This document shows positions 51,324 to 60,464 of a stretch of 64,000 nt of DNA, piece after piece. Source of the DNA: Arcobacteraceae bacterium (GTDB taxonomy: Bacteria > Campylobacterota > Campylobacteria > Campylobacterales > Arcobacteraceae); assembly GCA_963667095.1 (NCBI GenBank), contig OY762960.1, positions 1,978,591-2,042,590 on the forward strand, in the 5' to 3' direction. Position numbers and translations under genes: made by a program. How positions within the stretch are numbered: position 1 is the stretch's first letter; every line of letters begins with the position of its first letter. Under the pieces are notes generated by a model, which worked only from the letters and a program-made list of their open reading frames with translations, was not told where the DNA came from and did not search any database.

Positions 51324-51881
51324 TTATTTTACTTCGTATTGCTCTCGTCCCATTTGGTATAAATCTGCACCATAAGTATCATTTATAACTGTTACAGGAA
51401 AGTTTTCTACTTCAAGTTTTCGTACAGCCTCTGGACCTAGTTCTGGATAGGCTATGATTTCTGCTGATTTTATCTGTTTTCCAAGAAGTGCACCAGCACC
51501 ACCTGTTGCACCAAAATAGATACCTCCATACTCTTTACAAGCATCTTTTACATCTTGGTTTCTTTTTCCTTTTCCTATCATACCTTTACTACCATGTTTT
51601 AACATAGTTGGTGAGTAGCTATCCATTCTATAACTTGTAGTTGGTCCAGCACTTCCTATTGGGTCACCTGGTTTTGGTGGAGTTGGTCCCACAAAATATA
51701 TCACACTTCCTTCTAAATCAAAAGGAAGTTCTTCTCCTGCTTCTATTAAATCAACAAGTCTTTTATGTGCAGCATCACGAGCTGTAAAAATAACACCACT
51801 TAAATATACGATATCACCAGCTCTTAACTCTCTTGTTTGTTCTTCTGTTAATGGAGTTGTTAAATTATATGTTTTACTCAT
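51324..51881 (-). CDS. class I (Fe-S) fumarate hydratase, beta subunit (C-terminal domain type)
   Basis: The sequence is FumA/TtdB C-terminal-like (GPTTSYRMD, GKG.R). Fumarate versus tartrate specificity cannot be resolved by eye. Confidence 0.8.
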   Translation of the reverse strand: MSKTYNLTTPLTEEQTRELRAGDIVYLSGVIFTARDAAHKRLVDLIEAGEELPFDLEGSVIYFVGPTPPKPGDPIGSAGPTTSYRMDSYSPTMLKHGSKGMIGKGKRNQDVKDACKEYGGIYFGATGGAGALLGKQIKSAEIIAYPELGPEAVRKLEVENFPVTVINDTYGADLYQMGREQYEVK

Positions 51882-51892
51882 TTCATACCTCT

Positions 51893-52744
51893 TTATATAG
51901 TTATATGTGTATGTCTTGAACTATGACATTGTACATTTACAGATACTGGTAAACTAGCTATATGACATGGATTTGCTTCAATATGAACTGCTAAAGCTGT
52001 TTTCGTTCCACCCATACCCATAGCTCCAATACCAAGGTTGTTTATCTCTTTTAAAATTCTTTGCTCTAACTCATCCATCTCTGGGTCTTCATTGTGTGTC
52101 CCCAATGTTCTAAAAAGTGCATGTTTTGAACTAATAGCAGCTTTTTCAAAAGTACCACCAATACCCACACCAACTGTAATAGGAGGACATGGATTTGGTC
52201 CAGCATTTGAAATAACCTCTTTTACATACTCTACAATTCCATCTTTTCCAGCAGCTGGTGGGAATACAGTAGCTCGCGATACATTTTCACTTCCACCACC
52301 TTTTGCAGCATATTCTATATCTATTTTATCCCCTGCAACTATATCAAAGTGGATAATAGCTGGTAAGTTATAACCAACTGTATCCTTTAAGTTAGCTCGA
52401 CTAAATGGTTCACAAGTACTAGCTCTTAGGTAAGCATCTGTATAACCTTGCTCTGTCCCTTTATTAATAGCATCTTTTAAAAGACCACCATTGATTTTTA
52501 CTTCATCACCAACTTTTACGAAAAATACTGCAAGTCCAGTATCTTGACAAAGTGGTCTTTTTTCATCTTTTGCAATATCTGCATTTTCTAAAATTTGTTT
52601 TAATACCTCTTTAGATACTGGTGACTTTTCTTCTTCCATAGCTTGTTTTAAAGCATCATAAGCATCTTGTGGTAAATCTGTACCACAATGAACAATGATA
52701 TCTCTAACAGCTTTAACTACATCGTCAAATTCTATTACTCTCAT
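51893..52744 (-). CDS. class I (Fe-S) fumarate hydratase, alpha subunit (N-terminal domain type)
   Basis: The PLCQDTG motif and conserved Cys are typical of Fe-S hydro-lyase alpha subunits. Confidence 0.8.
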   Translation of the reverse strand: MRVIEFDDVVKAVRDIIVHCGTDLPQDAYDALKQAMEEEKSPVSKEVLKQILENADIAKDEKRPLCQDTGLAVFFVKVGDEVKINGGLLKDAINKGTEQGYTDAYLRASTCEPFSRANLKDTVGYNLPAIIHFDIVAGDKIDIEYAAKGGGSENVSRATVFPPAAGKDGIVEYVKEVISNAGPNPCPPITVGVGIGGTFEKAAISSKHALFRTLGTHNEDPEMDELEQRILKEINNLGIGAMGMGGTKTALAVHIEANPCHIASLPVSVNVQCHSSRHTHITI

Positions 52745-52810
52745 TTAAACTCCATATTACTAAAATATTTTATTAATTATAGTAACATCAAATAATTAAA
52801 TATTATATAA

Positions 52811-52844
52811 AAAAAAAGGATAAGCTAAAAAGCTTATCCTTTTT
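52811..52844 (-). terminator. rho-independent terminator downstream of mdh
   Basis: The stem is AGGATAAGCT/AGCTTATCCT (10 bp) with a 4-nt loop. A T-run follows on the minus strand. Confidence 0.85.
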
Positions 52845-52867
52845 ATGTGTAGTTTTGCTACTACTTG

Positions 52868-53809
52868 TTAGAAGAAATTATTTTTTTCTAGAACTGCAAT
52901 ACTATTTTTTATGGTTTCTACTGATTTATTAAATTTTTCTGTTAATTCTTCGTCAAACTCTAACTCAATGATTTTTTCAATACCATTTTTTCCTACAATC
53001 ACAGGTACACCCACAGATACATTTCTATGCCCATATTCCCCATCTAATACAACTGATGATGGTATTACTATTTGACTGTCATTTAAAATAGCTTCAACCA
53101 TAACAGCTACACAACGACCTGGTGCATAGTATGCTGAAGTCCCAAGATGTTTTACTATCTGGGCACCTCCTATTTTGGTTCTTGCTATGATTTGTTCCAT
53201 ATTTTCTTTTGAGATAATCTCTGTAATAGGAACTCCACCAATTGAAGACAATGAAGGAACTGGTATCATATTTTCTCCATGGTCACCTATTACCATAGCT
53301 TTTGTTTGTGCTCTTCCATATCCTAAATGGTTGTTTATTTGATAAGCCATTCGTGAACTATCTAAAGCCCCAGCCATTCCTATAATTCTATTTCTATCCC
53401 AGTTTGTGATTTTTTGACATACATATGTCATAACATCTAAAGGATTTGAAACACAAATTATAATAGCATTTGGTGAGTATATTTTGATATTTTCTACAAC
53501 TTCTTTCATGATTTTTGCATTTATAAGTAGTAAATCTTCTCTTGTCATATCACCTTTTCTTGGTACGCCTGCTGTTATAACAACTATATCACAATCTTTT
53601 ATCTCAGATGGCTTTTCGACACCAGTTACTTTTGTACCTGATGGAGAGTAATTAGTTGACTGTTCTATATCTATTGCTTTCCCCATAGCTACATCTGTTG
53701 CTATATCATAAAGGATAATCTCATTACAAGCCCCTGTCATACTTAAGCTAAAAGCAGCAGTTGCACCAACGGCACCAGCACCAATTATACCAACTTTTCT
53801 ATTTGTCAT
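52868..53809 (-). CDS. mdh: malate dehydrogenase (LDH-like family)
   Basis: GIIGAGAVG Rossmann motif, the PRKGDMTREDL substrate loop, and GDHG. Confidence 0.9.
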   Translation of the reverse strand: MTNRKVGIIGAGAVGATAAFSLSMTGACNEIILYDIATDVAMGKAIDIEQSTNYSPSGTKVTGVEKPSEIKDCDIVVITAGVPRKGDMTREDLLLINAKIMKEVVENIKIYSPNAIIICVSNPLDVMTYVCQKITNWDRNRIIGMAGALDSSRMAYQINNHLGYGRAQTKAMVIGDHGENMIPVPSLSSIGGVPITEIISKENMEQIIARTKIGGAQIVKHLGTSAYYAPGRCVAVMVEAILNDSQIVIPSSVVLDGEYGHRNVSVGVPVIVGKNGIEKIIELEFDEELTEKFNKSVETIKNSIAVLEKNNFF

Positions 53810-54023
53810 TTTTATTCCTAAAATTTATTAAATCATATTTATTTAAATTAGCATAATAAACATTATAAAATTTATTTGATTTGTTTTTTTTGCAGATAGT
53901 ATTGAAAAATGTAACTTTTTGATACTTACTTGAATAATCTACAATTTACAGTTTTTTGTCACTTTAAATTAGATTTATTGTATATAAACTCTTCTTAAAA
54001 CATATTTAATTATAATATCTTCT

Positions 54024-54200
54024 ATGGATAAAAGAATTATATGTCAAAGATGTAAATTCTACTATGTGACATGGGAAAAAAATAAACCACATGGCTGTCG
54101 AGCTTATGGTTTTAAGTCACAAGCTTTACCTTCTATTGTTGTAAAACAAAGTAGTGGAAAGCAGTGTAGTTTTTATGAGCTGAAAAATAAAGATTTGTAA
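54024..54200 (+). CDS. small Cys-rich (zinc-ribbon-like) protein, 58 aa, not in ORF track
   Basis: Translation is MDKRIICQRCKFYYVTWEKNKPHGCRAYGFKSQALPSIVVKQSSGKQCSFYELKNKDL. The Cys pattern is CxxC...C...C. A TATAAT lies about 13 nt upstream. Confidence 0.5.
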   Translation: MDKRIICQRCKFYYVTWEKNKPHGCRAYGFKSQALPSIVVKQSSGKQCSFYELKNKDL

Positions 54201-54276
54201 ATATAGTATTACAAACAAAATAATTTAAACAAAATAATTGTATCATAATTGATTGAAGAATATATAGGAGAAAGAA

Positions 54277-55212
54277 TTGTTATATGAAGAGTTAAAAACA
54301 ACTGTAAAAAATCTTGGTTTTTCTACAATTGAAAGTTTCGCTAACTATGTAGGTGTTACACCTAGTGATATATTAGAGTGGGAGCAAAAAGATGAGATAC
54401 CTTATACAATAGCTCTTATAGTTCATTTACTACAAGGTGAACAAAATGTTCCAAGTGAAGACAATTCCTTAGATATTTTAGTAGAAGAGTGTTTGCCTCT
54501 AGCTGCATTACTTGAAGAATCTTCAAGTTTTCCAGCTAAACTTGAAGAGATGTTTGTTTTACAAAAGAAGTTAAATGATGATACAAATGGTACAAACTGG
54601 GAATTAGGTATAAATAAATTTGACAAAGAGATCAATTGGCTTAGATGTATTCATATGGAAGTATCAGAGTTAATAGATTCTACTCCTTGGAAACATTGGA
54701 AAAATATAGATGATAAGCCTGATTTAAATAATCTTCATGTAGAACTTGTAGATGTATGGCATTTTTTAATGAGTTATATTTTACAAGAAACAAATATACC
54801 AAAAGCTGTATCTTTAGTAAATACACATTGTATTTATGAAGCTGTAGAATTACGAGATATAGATGTAAAACTAATTGTAAAAGAAGCAGAAAAACTTTCA
54901 TATATTGCATTTGCAATAGAAACTGGGAATATGCCACAATTTAGTGGAGTAGAGAGATTTATTGATCAATTCTTTAGATGTTGTAAACTGTCTGGTCTTA
55001 GCTTTACATGGCTTCAAAAACTTTATATAGGGAAAAACTCTTTAAATAAATTTAGACAAGACAATGGTTATAAAGAGGGTACTTATATAAAAGTATGGGA
55101 TGGTAAAGAAGACAATGTTATTATGATAGCTATTTTAGAAGAGTTAGAAAATGCTTCATATAACACTGTTTATAAACAATTACAATTAGAGTATGATAAA
55201 TTAAATTCTTAA
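54277..55212 (+). CDS. dut: dimeric (all-alpha) dUTPase with ~85-aa N-terminal HTH-like extension
   Basis: Residues ~88-311 match the dimeric dUTPase pattern (LQKKLNDDTNGTNW, W.RCIHMEVSELIDSTPWKHWK, ELVDVWHF). Residues 1-55 resemble an XRE-type HTH. TTG start follows a strong AGGAGAAAGAA RBS. Confidence 0.8.
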   Translation: MLYEELKTTVKNLGFSTIESFANYVGVTPSDILEWEQKDEIPYTIALIVHLLQGEQNVPSEDNSLDILVEECLPLAALLEESSSFPAKLEEMFVLQKKLNDDTNGTNWELGINKFDKEINWLRCIHMEVSELIDSTPWKHWKNIDDKPDLNNLHVELVDVWHFLMSYILQETNIPKAVSLVNTHCIYEAVELRDIDVKLIVKEAEKLSYIAFAIETGNMPQFSGVERFIDQFFRCCKLSGLSFTWLQKLYIGKNSLNKFRQDNGYKEGTYIKVWDGKEDNVIMIAILEELENASYNTVYKQLQLEYDKLNS

Positions 55213-55634
55213 TTATTAGTGAAAAACTGATAACTAAGAATTATAAAAAGATATCTTCCCCCTTTTGCTAAGATTACTAAAACAATAAATTTTTTTAGAT
55301 TATATTTTAGCATTCCTGCTACAAATGTTATCGGGTCACCAATGATTGGTACCCATGACATCAATATACTAAAGCCTCCATATTTATCAAAAAATTTTTT
55401 TCCTTTGTTGATTTTGTCTTGTTTTATCATTTTTCGAGATAAAAGGTATTCTTCTCCTTTTAATCCCAACCAATAGTTTACTATAGAACCTAAAGAGTTA
55501 CCAAATGTAGCAAATATAAATAGTAAATAGAGATTAAGGTTAATTGATAAGTCATATAGAAGAAGTGCTTCACTTCCCATTGGAAAAATTGTAGCGGATA
55601 TAAAAGATATTAAAAACAAATAGAGATAATTCAT
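55209..55634 (-). CDS. YqaA/DedA-superfamily small membrane protein
   Basis: 141 aa and about 4 TM helices. It has an N-terminal FPMGSEALLL motif and a PIIGDPIT motif. Confidence 0.65.
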   Translation of the reverse strand: MNYLYLFLISFISATIFPMGSEALLLYDLSINLNLYLLFIFATFGNSLGSIVNYWLGLKGEEYLLSRKMIKQDKINKGKKFFDKYGGFSILMSWVPIIGDPITFVAGMLKYNLKKFIVLVILAKGGRYLFIILSYQFFTNN

Positions 55635-55704
55635 GTAGTATCATAACTAATTAATATTTAAGTGGTGTATAACTATAATTGAAAATATATAAAAAAGGTT
55701 TTCT

Positions 55705-56178
55705 ATGAATAAAATTATTTTTCTTTTTCTTTTAAGTTTTGCATATATGTGTGCCGTTGACATTGATAATGATTTGGTTCAAGATGAAGTAGATAAGTGT
55801 TTAGATACACCTGCTGGGGTTTTTGTTGATCAATATGGTTGTACAAAAAAGATAAAAAGAACTGTGAATTTTGTACATAACTCTTCTATTCTTGATATTA
55901 AGAATACACAACTTCTAGAAGAATATTCTAAGCTTGCTAATGAAGCTTTTGGATATAAACTGATTATCAAAGGTCATACTGATTCAACAGCAGACTATAA
56001 AACTAATCTTATACTTTCTAAGAAAAGAGCGTATACAGTTTTGAAACAATTAGAAAGTTATGGAGTAAATCTTGAGAGAACTTCTATAAAATGGTATGGA
56101 GAAACAATGCCAATTGCTACAAATGTAACACCTAAAGGTAAGGCAATGAATAGAAGAGTGGAAATAATTTTTAAATAG
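55705..56178 (+). CDS. OmpA-family peptidoglycan-binding protein with thrombospondin type 3-like Ca-binding repeat
   Basis: Signal peptide. DNDLVQDEVDKCLDTP repeat. OmpA_C motifs GHTDSTADYKTNLILSKKRA and NRRVEI. Confidence 0.8.
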   Translation: MNKIIFLFLLSFAYMCAVDIDNDLVQDEVDKCLDTPAGVFVDQYGCTKKIKRTVNFVHNSSILDIKNTQLLEEYSKLANEAFGYKLIIKGHTDSTADYKTNLILSKKRAYTVLKQLESYGVNLERTSIKWYGETMPIATNVTPKGKAMNRRVEIIFK

Positions 56179-56347
56179 GAACTTATTCTATATAAAATAT
56201 GATTCAAATAGTAACACTAAGTAAGTATATAGAAAAATCTAACTAAATATTAAAAACTATATTAAATATTATACGATATGATGTTTCTTAGTAATGTATG
56301 AGAATCATATATTCTATTTAATTTAATTGAATAATGAAGGGGAAAAT

Positions 56348-56680
56348 ATGTCTTTAATGAAAGCACCTGAAAATACTCCAGTATGGGTTGATACAAATAG
56401 ATGTAAAGCATGTGATATATGTGTATCAGTTTGTCCAGCGGGAGTGTTGTCAATGAAGCCAGAGCCAACATCTACTTTAGGAGCAATGATTGAAATCGTT
56501 GCACTTGATAGTTGTATTGGTTGTAATGATTGTGAATTAAACTGTCCAGATTTTGCAATATATGTTGCAGATAAAAAAGCAGATAATATGAAGTTTGCAA
56601 AATTAACAGATGAAGCAAAAGCAAGAGCTGCTGCAATTATAGAAAACAACTATAGATTACCTGAAAATTACGGGAAATAA
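56348..56680 (+). CDS. oorD: 2-oxoglutarate:acceptor oxidoreductase delta subunit (2x[4Fe-4S] ferredoxin)
   Basis: CKACDICVSVCP and CIGCNDCELNCP clusters. The ATG at 56348 follows AAGGGGAAAAT. The tracked ORF starts at 56327. Confidence 0.88.
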   Translation: MSLMKAPENTPVWVDTNRCKACDICVSVCPAGVLSMKPEPTSTLGAMIEIVALDSCIGCNDCELNCPDFAIYVADKKADNMKFAKLTDEAKARAAAIIENNYRLPENYGK

Positions 56681-56691
56681 GGAGAAAATTA

Positions 56692-57834
56692 ATGGCAACT
56701 AGAGAAATAATATCTACTGGTAATGACTTAGCTGCAATAGCAGCAGTTGATGCTGGTTGTGAATTTTTTGGAGGGTATCCTATTACTCCTTCAAGTGAAG
56801 TAATGCATACAATCTCAGATCTTTTACCAAAAAATGGTGGAGCTGCGATTCAAATGGAAGATGAAATTGCTGGTGTAGCATGTGCTATTGGTGCATCTAT
56901 GAGTGGAGTAAGATCTATGACTGCTACTTCAGGACCAGGTATCTCACTAAAAGCTGAGAACTTAGGGCTTGCTCAAATGGCAGAAGTACCTTTAGTAGTA
57001 GTAAATGTTATGAGAGGTGGACCATCAACAGGTTTACCAACAAGAGTATCTCAAGGGGATGTTGCACAAGCAAAAAATCCTTCACATGGAGATTATAAAT
57101 CAATTACTGTATGTGCAGGTGATTTAGCAGAATGTTATACAGAAACTGTAAGAGCTTTTAATTTAGCAGATAGATTTATGCAACCAGTATTTGTGTTACT
57201 AGATGAAACACTTGGACATATGCACGGTAAAGCTATGATACCTACAAAAGAAGAGGTAAAAGCTGGTATAAAACTAAGAAAAACATTTGATGGTCCAGCT
57301 GAAGAGTACAGACCTTATGGTGTGGCACAAGATGAGCCAGCTGTATTAAATCCTATGTTTAAAGGATACAGATACCACTTTACAGGTCTTCACCATGATG
57401 GTAAAGGTTTCCCAACTGAAGAGATTACTACTTGTAGATTATTAATTGAAAGATTATTTAACAAAGTAGAAGCACATGAAGATGAATTAGAATCTTATGA
57501 AGAATATATGATGGATGATGCTGATTTTATGATTATTGCGTATGGTTCAGTATCACTTGCAGCAAAAGAAACAATTAGACACTTAAGAAAAGATGGTATT
57601 AAAGCTGGTTTATTTAGACCAATTACTTTATGGCCAAGTCCTGCTGCTAAAATCAAAGAGTGGACAAGTAAAATTCAAGATGTATTATGTGTTGAGTTAA
57701 ATATTGGTCAATATAGAGATGAAGTACAAAGAGCATCAGGAAGACTTGATATAGAAGGACTATTTAAAGTAAATGGTAGAGCACTATCACCTTATGAAAT
57801 AGTTGAAAAAGTAAAAGAGATGAGAGGTAACTAA
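56692..57834 (+). CDS. oorA: 2-oxoglutarate:acceptor oxidoreductase alpha subunit
   Basis: 2-oxoacid:ferredoxin oxidoreductase alpha pattern (GYPITPSSE), in conserved oorDABC order. Confidence 0.9.
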   Translation: MATREIISTGNDLAAIAAVDAGCEFFGGYPITPSSEVMHTISDLLPKNGGAAIQMEDEIAGVACAIGASMSGVRSMTATSGPGISLKAENLGLAQMAEVPLVVVNVMRGGPSTGLPTRVSQGDVAQAKNPSHGDYKSITVCAGDLAECYTETVRAFNLADRFMQPVFVLLDETLGHMHGKAMIPTKEEVKAGIKLRKTFDGPAEEYRPYGVAQDEPAVLNPMFKGYRYHFTGLHHDGKGFPTEEITTCRLLIERLFNKVEAHEDELESYEEYMMDDADFMIIAYGSVSLAAKETIRHLRKDGIKAGLFRPITLWPSPAAKIKEWTSKIQDVLCVELNIGQYRDEVQRASGRLDIEGLFKVNGRALSPYEIVEKVKEMRGN

Positions 57835-57836
57835 CA

Positions 57837-58694
57837 ATGGCATTTAATTATGATAAATACTTAAGATTAGAAAAAATGCCAACACTATGGTGTTGGGGAT
57901 GTGGTGACGGTGTTATTTTAAAAGCCGTTATCAGAGCTATTGATAAATGTGGTTGGAAACAAGATGATGTGTGTGTTGTTTCTGGTATTGGATGTTCAGG
58001 AAGATTTTCTTCTTATGTTGATTTTAATACAGTACATACAACTCACGGTAGAACAGTTGCATTTGCAACAGGTGTAAAACTAGCAAACCCAGATAAGCAT
58101 GTAATATGTGTAGCTGGAGATGGTGATGCACTTGCTATTGGTGGAAATCATACAATTCATGGTTGTAGAAGAAATATAGATATCAATATGATTGTTATTA
58201 ATAACTTCATCTATGGTCTTACAAACTCACAAACAAGTCCTACAACACCTCAAGGTATGTGGACCGTATCTCAAAAAGCTGGTAATATTGATCCAACTTT
58301 TGATGCTTGTAAGTTAGCTATTGCTTCTGGTGCTTCATTTGTAGCAAGAGAAACTATGCTTGATCCTAAAAAACTAGAAAGAGTTTTAGTTAAAGGTTTT
58401 GAGCATAATGGATTTAGTTTCTTTGATGTTATGTCTAACTGTCATATTAACCTTGGTAGAAAAAATAAAATGCAATCAGCTATGGAAAACTTAGACTGGA
58501 TTGATTCTATTACTACACCATTAAGTAAATTTGAAAAGCTATCTGAAGAAGAACAATTAAATATGTTCCCTACAGGTGTGTTAAAACATGATACAAAAGC
58601 TAGAGAATATTGTGATATGTATGAAGATATCAAAGCTGTACAACAAGGTAAACGAAAAGTTATTACTCAAGATGACTTTGAGAAAAAAATATAA
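57837..58694 (+). CDS. oorB: 2-oxoglutarate:acceptor oxidoreductase beta subunit (TPP-binding)
   Basis: WCWGCGDG, and GDGD...GGNH TPP motif. Confidence 0.9.
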   Translation: MAFNYDKYLRLEKMPTLWCWGCGDGVILKAVIRAIDKCGWKQDDVCVVSGIGCSGRFSSYVDFNTVHTTHGRTVAFATGVKLANPDKHVICVAGDGDALAIGGNHTIHGCRRNIDINMIVINNFIYGLTNSQTSPTTPQGMWTVSQKAGNIDPTFDACKLAIASGASFVARETMLDPKKLERVLVKGFEHNGFSFFDVMSNCHINLGRKNKMQSAMENLDWIDSITTPLSKFEKLSEEEQLNMFPTGVLKHDTKAREYCDMYEDIKAVQQGKRKVITQDDFEKKI

Positions 58695-58703
58695 GGAGAC
58701 ACT

Positions 58704-59267
58704 ATGGCTAGAACATTAATGAGATTTACAGGTGTTGGTGGACAAGGTGTTCTTCTTGCTGGTGAGATTTTTGCAGCTGCAAAAATCAAAACTGGTGGAT
58801 ACGGACTAAAAACTGCTACATATACTTCACAAGTAAGAGGTGGTGCTACAGTTGTTGATATCACTTTAGATGATGAAGAGATTTTTTATCCTTATGCAAA
58901 TGATGGTGAAATTGACTTTATGCTTTCTGTTGCACAAATAAGTTTTGACTTATTTAAAGATGGTGTTACACCAGGTGGGACTATTGTTGTTGAACCAAAT
59001 CTAGTACACCCAACAGATGAAGATAGAAAAAAATGGAACATTGTTGAGATACCAATTATTACTATAGCAAAAGAGGAAGTTGGGAATGTTATTACTCAAT
59101 CTGTTATTGCCCTTGCTATTGCAAATAATTTTATGAATGCTATTGATAAAGAGGTTCTTAAAGAAGTTATGCTTTCAAAAGTACCTGCAAAAGTACATGA
59201 AGTAAACTTAAAAGCATATGATTTAGGGTATAAATATTCTGATGAAGCAAAAGCTGCAATGAAATAA
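58704..59267 (+). CDS. oorC: 2-oxoglutarate:acceptor oxidoreductase gamma subunit
   Basis: It has a GVGGQGVLLAG motif. Its position is the last gene of the oor cluster. Confidence 0.9.
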   Translation: MARTLMRFTGVGGQGVLLAGEIFAAAKIKTGGYGLKTATYTSQVRGGATVVDITLDDEEIFYPYANDGEIDFMLSVAQISFDLFKDGVTPGGTIVVEPNLVHPTDEDRKKWNIVEIPIITIAKEEVGNVITQSVIALAIANNFMNAIDKEVLKEVMLSKVPAKVHEVNLKAYDLGYKYSDEAKAAMK

Positions 59268-59283
59268 TTTTCCTTGTAGATAT

Positions 59284-59318
59284 AAAAAAAGGGTGCTACA
59301 GTTGTAGTACCCTTTTTT
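59284..59318. terminator. bidirectional rho-independent terminator between oorC and the convergent nitroreductase gene
   Basis: The stem is GGGTGCTAC/GTAGTACCC (one G-U pair). It is flanked by an A7 run and a T6 run. Confidence 0.8.
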
Positions 59319-59330
59319 AATGGTAAATTA

Positions 59331-60338
59331 TTAAATAAGAACTTGTTCCACTGTCCGTCTTAGTGATTTTGGCATATCTGAACCATAACCAATGCGTATT
59401 ATAAGATCTGGTCGCTTATTATCAATACCAAGATAGTGGGCAAATTTCGAGCGTAAAGTAGAAATCTCGACAGGTTGATTAATAAAAGCGGTACTTAGAC
59501 CTAAATCAGTTGCTTGAAGCGCAAGGCGTTGATAACATCTTCCAGCCTCAATCCAATGTGATTTATCATTAACTTCTGAAAATAACACTGCTAAAGCTGA
59601 TGAACTTTGTATATTATGAATATCTTTTTCATTTTGTTTTTTGGCAGAGAATCCAAACTTCATAAACAACATTCCTAGCCACTTGGGAACATCAGGACTA
59701 CCCATCACTGGGCCATAGAGACCATCGCCTGTACGAATGGCATCTTGTTCATTAAAGCGAATCCATGATTTTAATTCTTCAGTCCATGCAGTGTCACTAA
59801 ATTGTATATTATTCCCCTCTACAACATATTGTGCCACTTTCATTTTTTGTTCATTATCTGTAATTAATATTACAGAAACACCATTCCCCTGCCCAGCTTT
59901 TTTGAGCTTATTTAATTTCTCAGTAGATAGAAGTGAACCATCATATTCAGTTCTAGAACAGTGACGCTTTGGAATAGATTTGAATAAAGTAGACATAGAT
60001 GGAGTTATTTCTTCAAATTCAATGTGTATACTTGATGTGTCTTCATCATAGAAATAGTTGCCTTTCAATCCACTGGCTTGTGCTGCTAGTAGTAGATTTT
60101 CAGTTGCACAGCCTAAGCTTACATACAAATGGTGGTCATCAGGATCGACTACTGGACAACGCCGTGAAAAATCTGGGAGAATTATAATTTTATTTGGTTC
60201 AAGTTTGAAATTCCAAGGTTGTGTATTATGACTAGATGCGGCAAGTGTTGCATAACGTACTAACTCAATATAGTTATGTGTATCATTTTGGAGTTCATGA
60301 TGAGACCATATTTCACTTACTTTGTCTTCATAATTCAT
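59331..60338 (-). CDS. nitroreductase-family FMN oxidoreductase (two-domain, Acg-like size)
   Basis: 335 aa. The AASSHNTQPW segment is typical of the nitroreductase fold. The assignment is by pattern only. Confidence 0.6.
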   Translation of the reverse strand: MNYEDKVSEIWSHHELQNDTHNYIELVRYATLAASSHNTQPWNFKLEPNKIIILPDFSRRCPVVDPDDHHLYVSLGCATENLLLAAQASGLKGNYFYDEDTSSIHIEFEEITPSMSTLFKSIPKRHCSRTEYDGSLLSTEKLNKLKKAGQGNGVSVILITDNEQKMKVAQYVVEGNNIQFSDTAWTEELKSWIRFNEQDAIRTGDGLYGPVMGSPDVPKWLGMLFMKFGFSAKKQNEKDIHNIQSSSALAVLFSEVNDKSHWIEAGRCYQRLALQATDLGLSTAFINQPVEISTLRSKFAHYLGIDNKRPDLIIRIGYGSDMPKSLRRTVEQVLI

Positions 60339-60464
60339 ATTACCCTCCTATATAAAGGATTCTATTTTGTTACCTAACTATTTGTTCATAAAGAATTATA
60401 TTTAAGTTACTTTATAAATAACTTAATAGTACTTTATGAAAAAAACAATTTTAGGTATGAGTAA

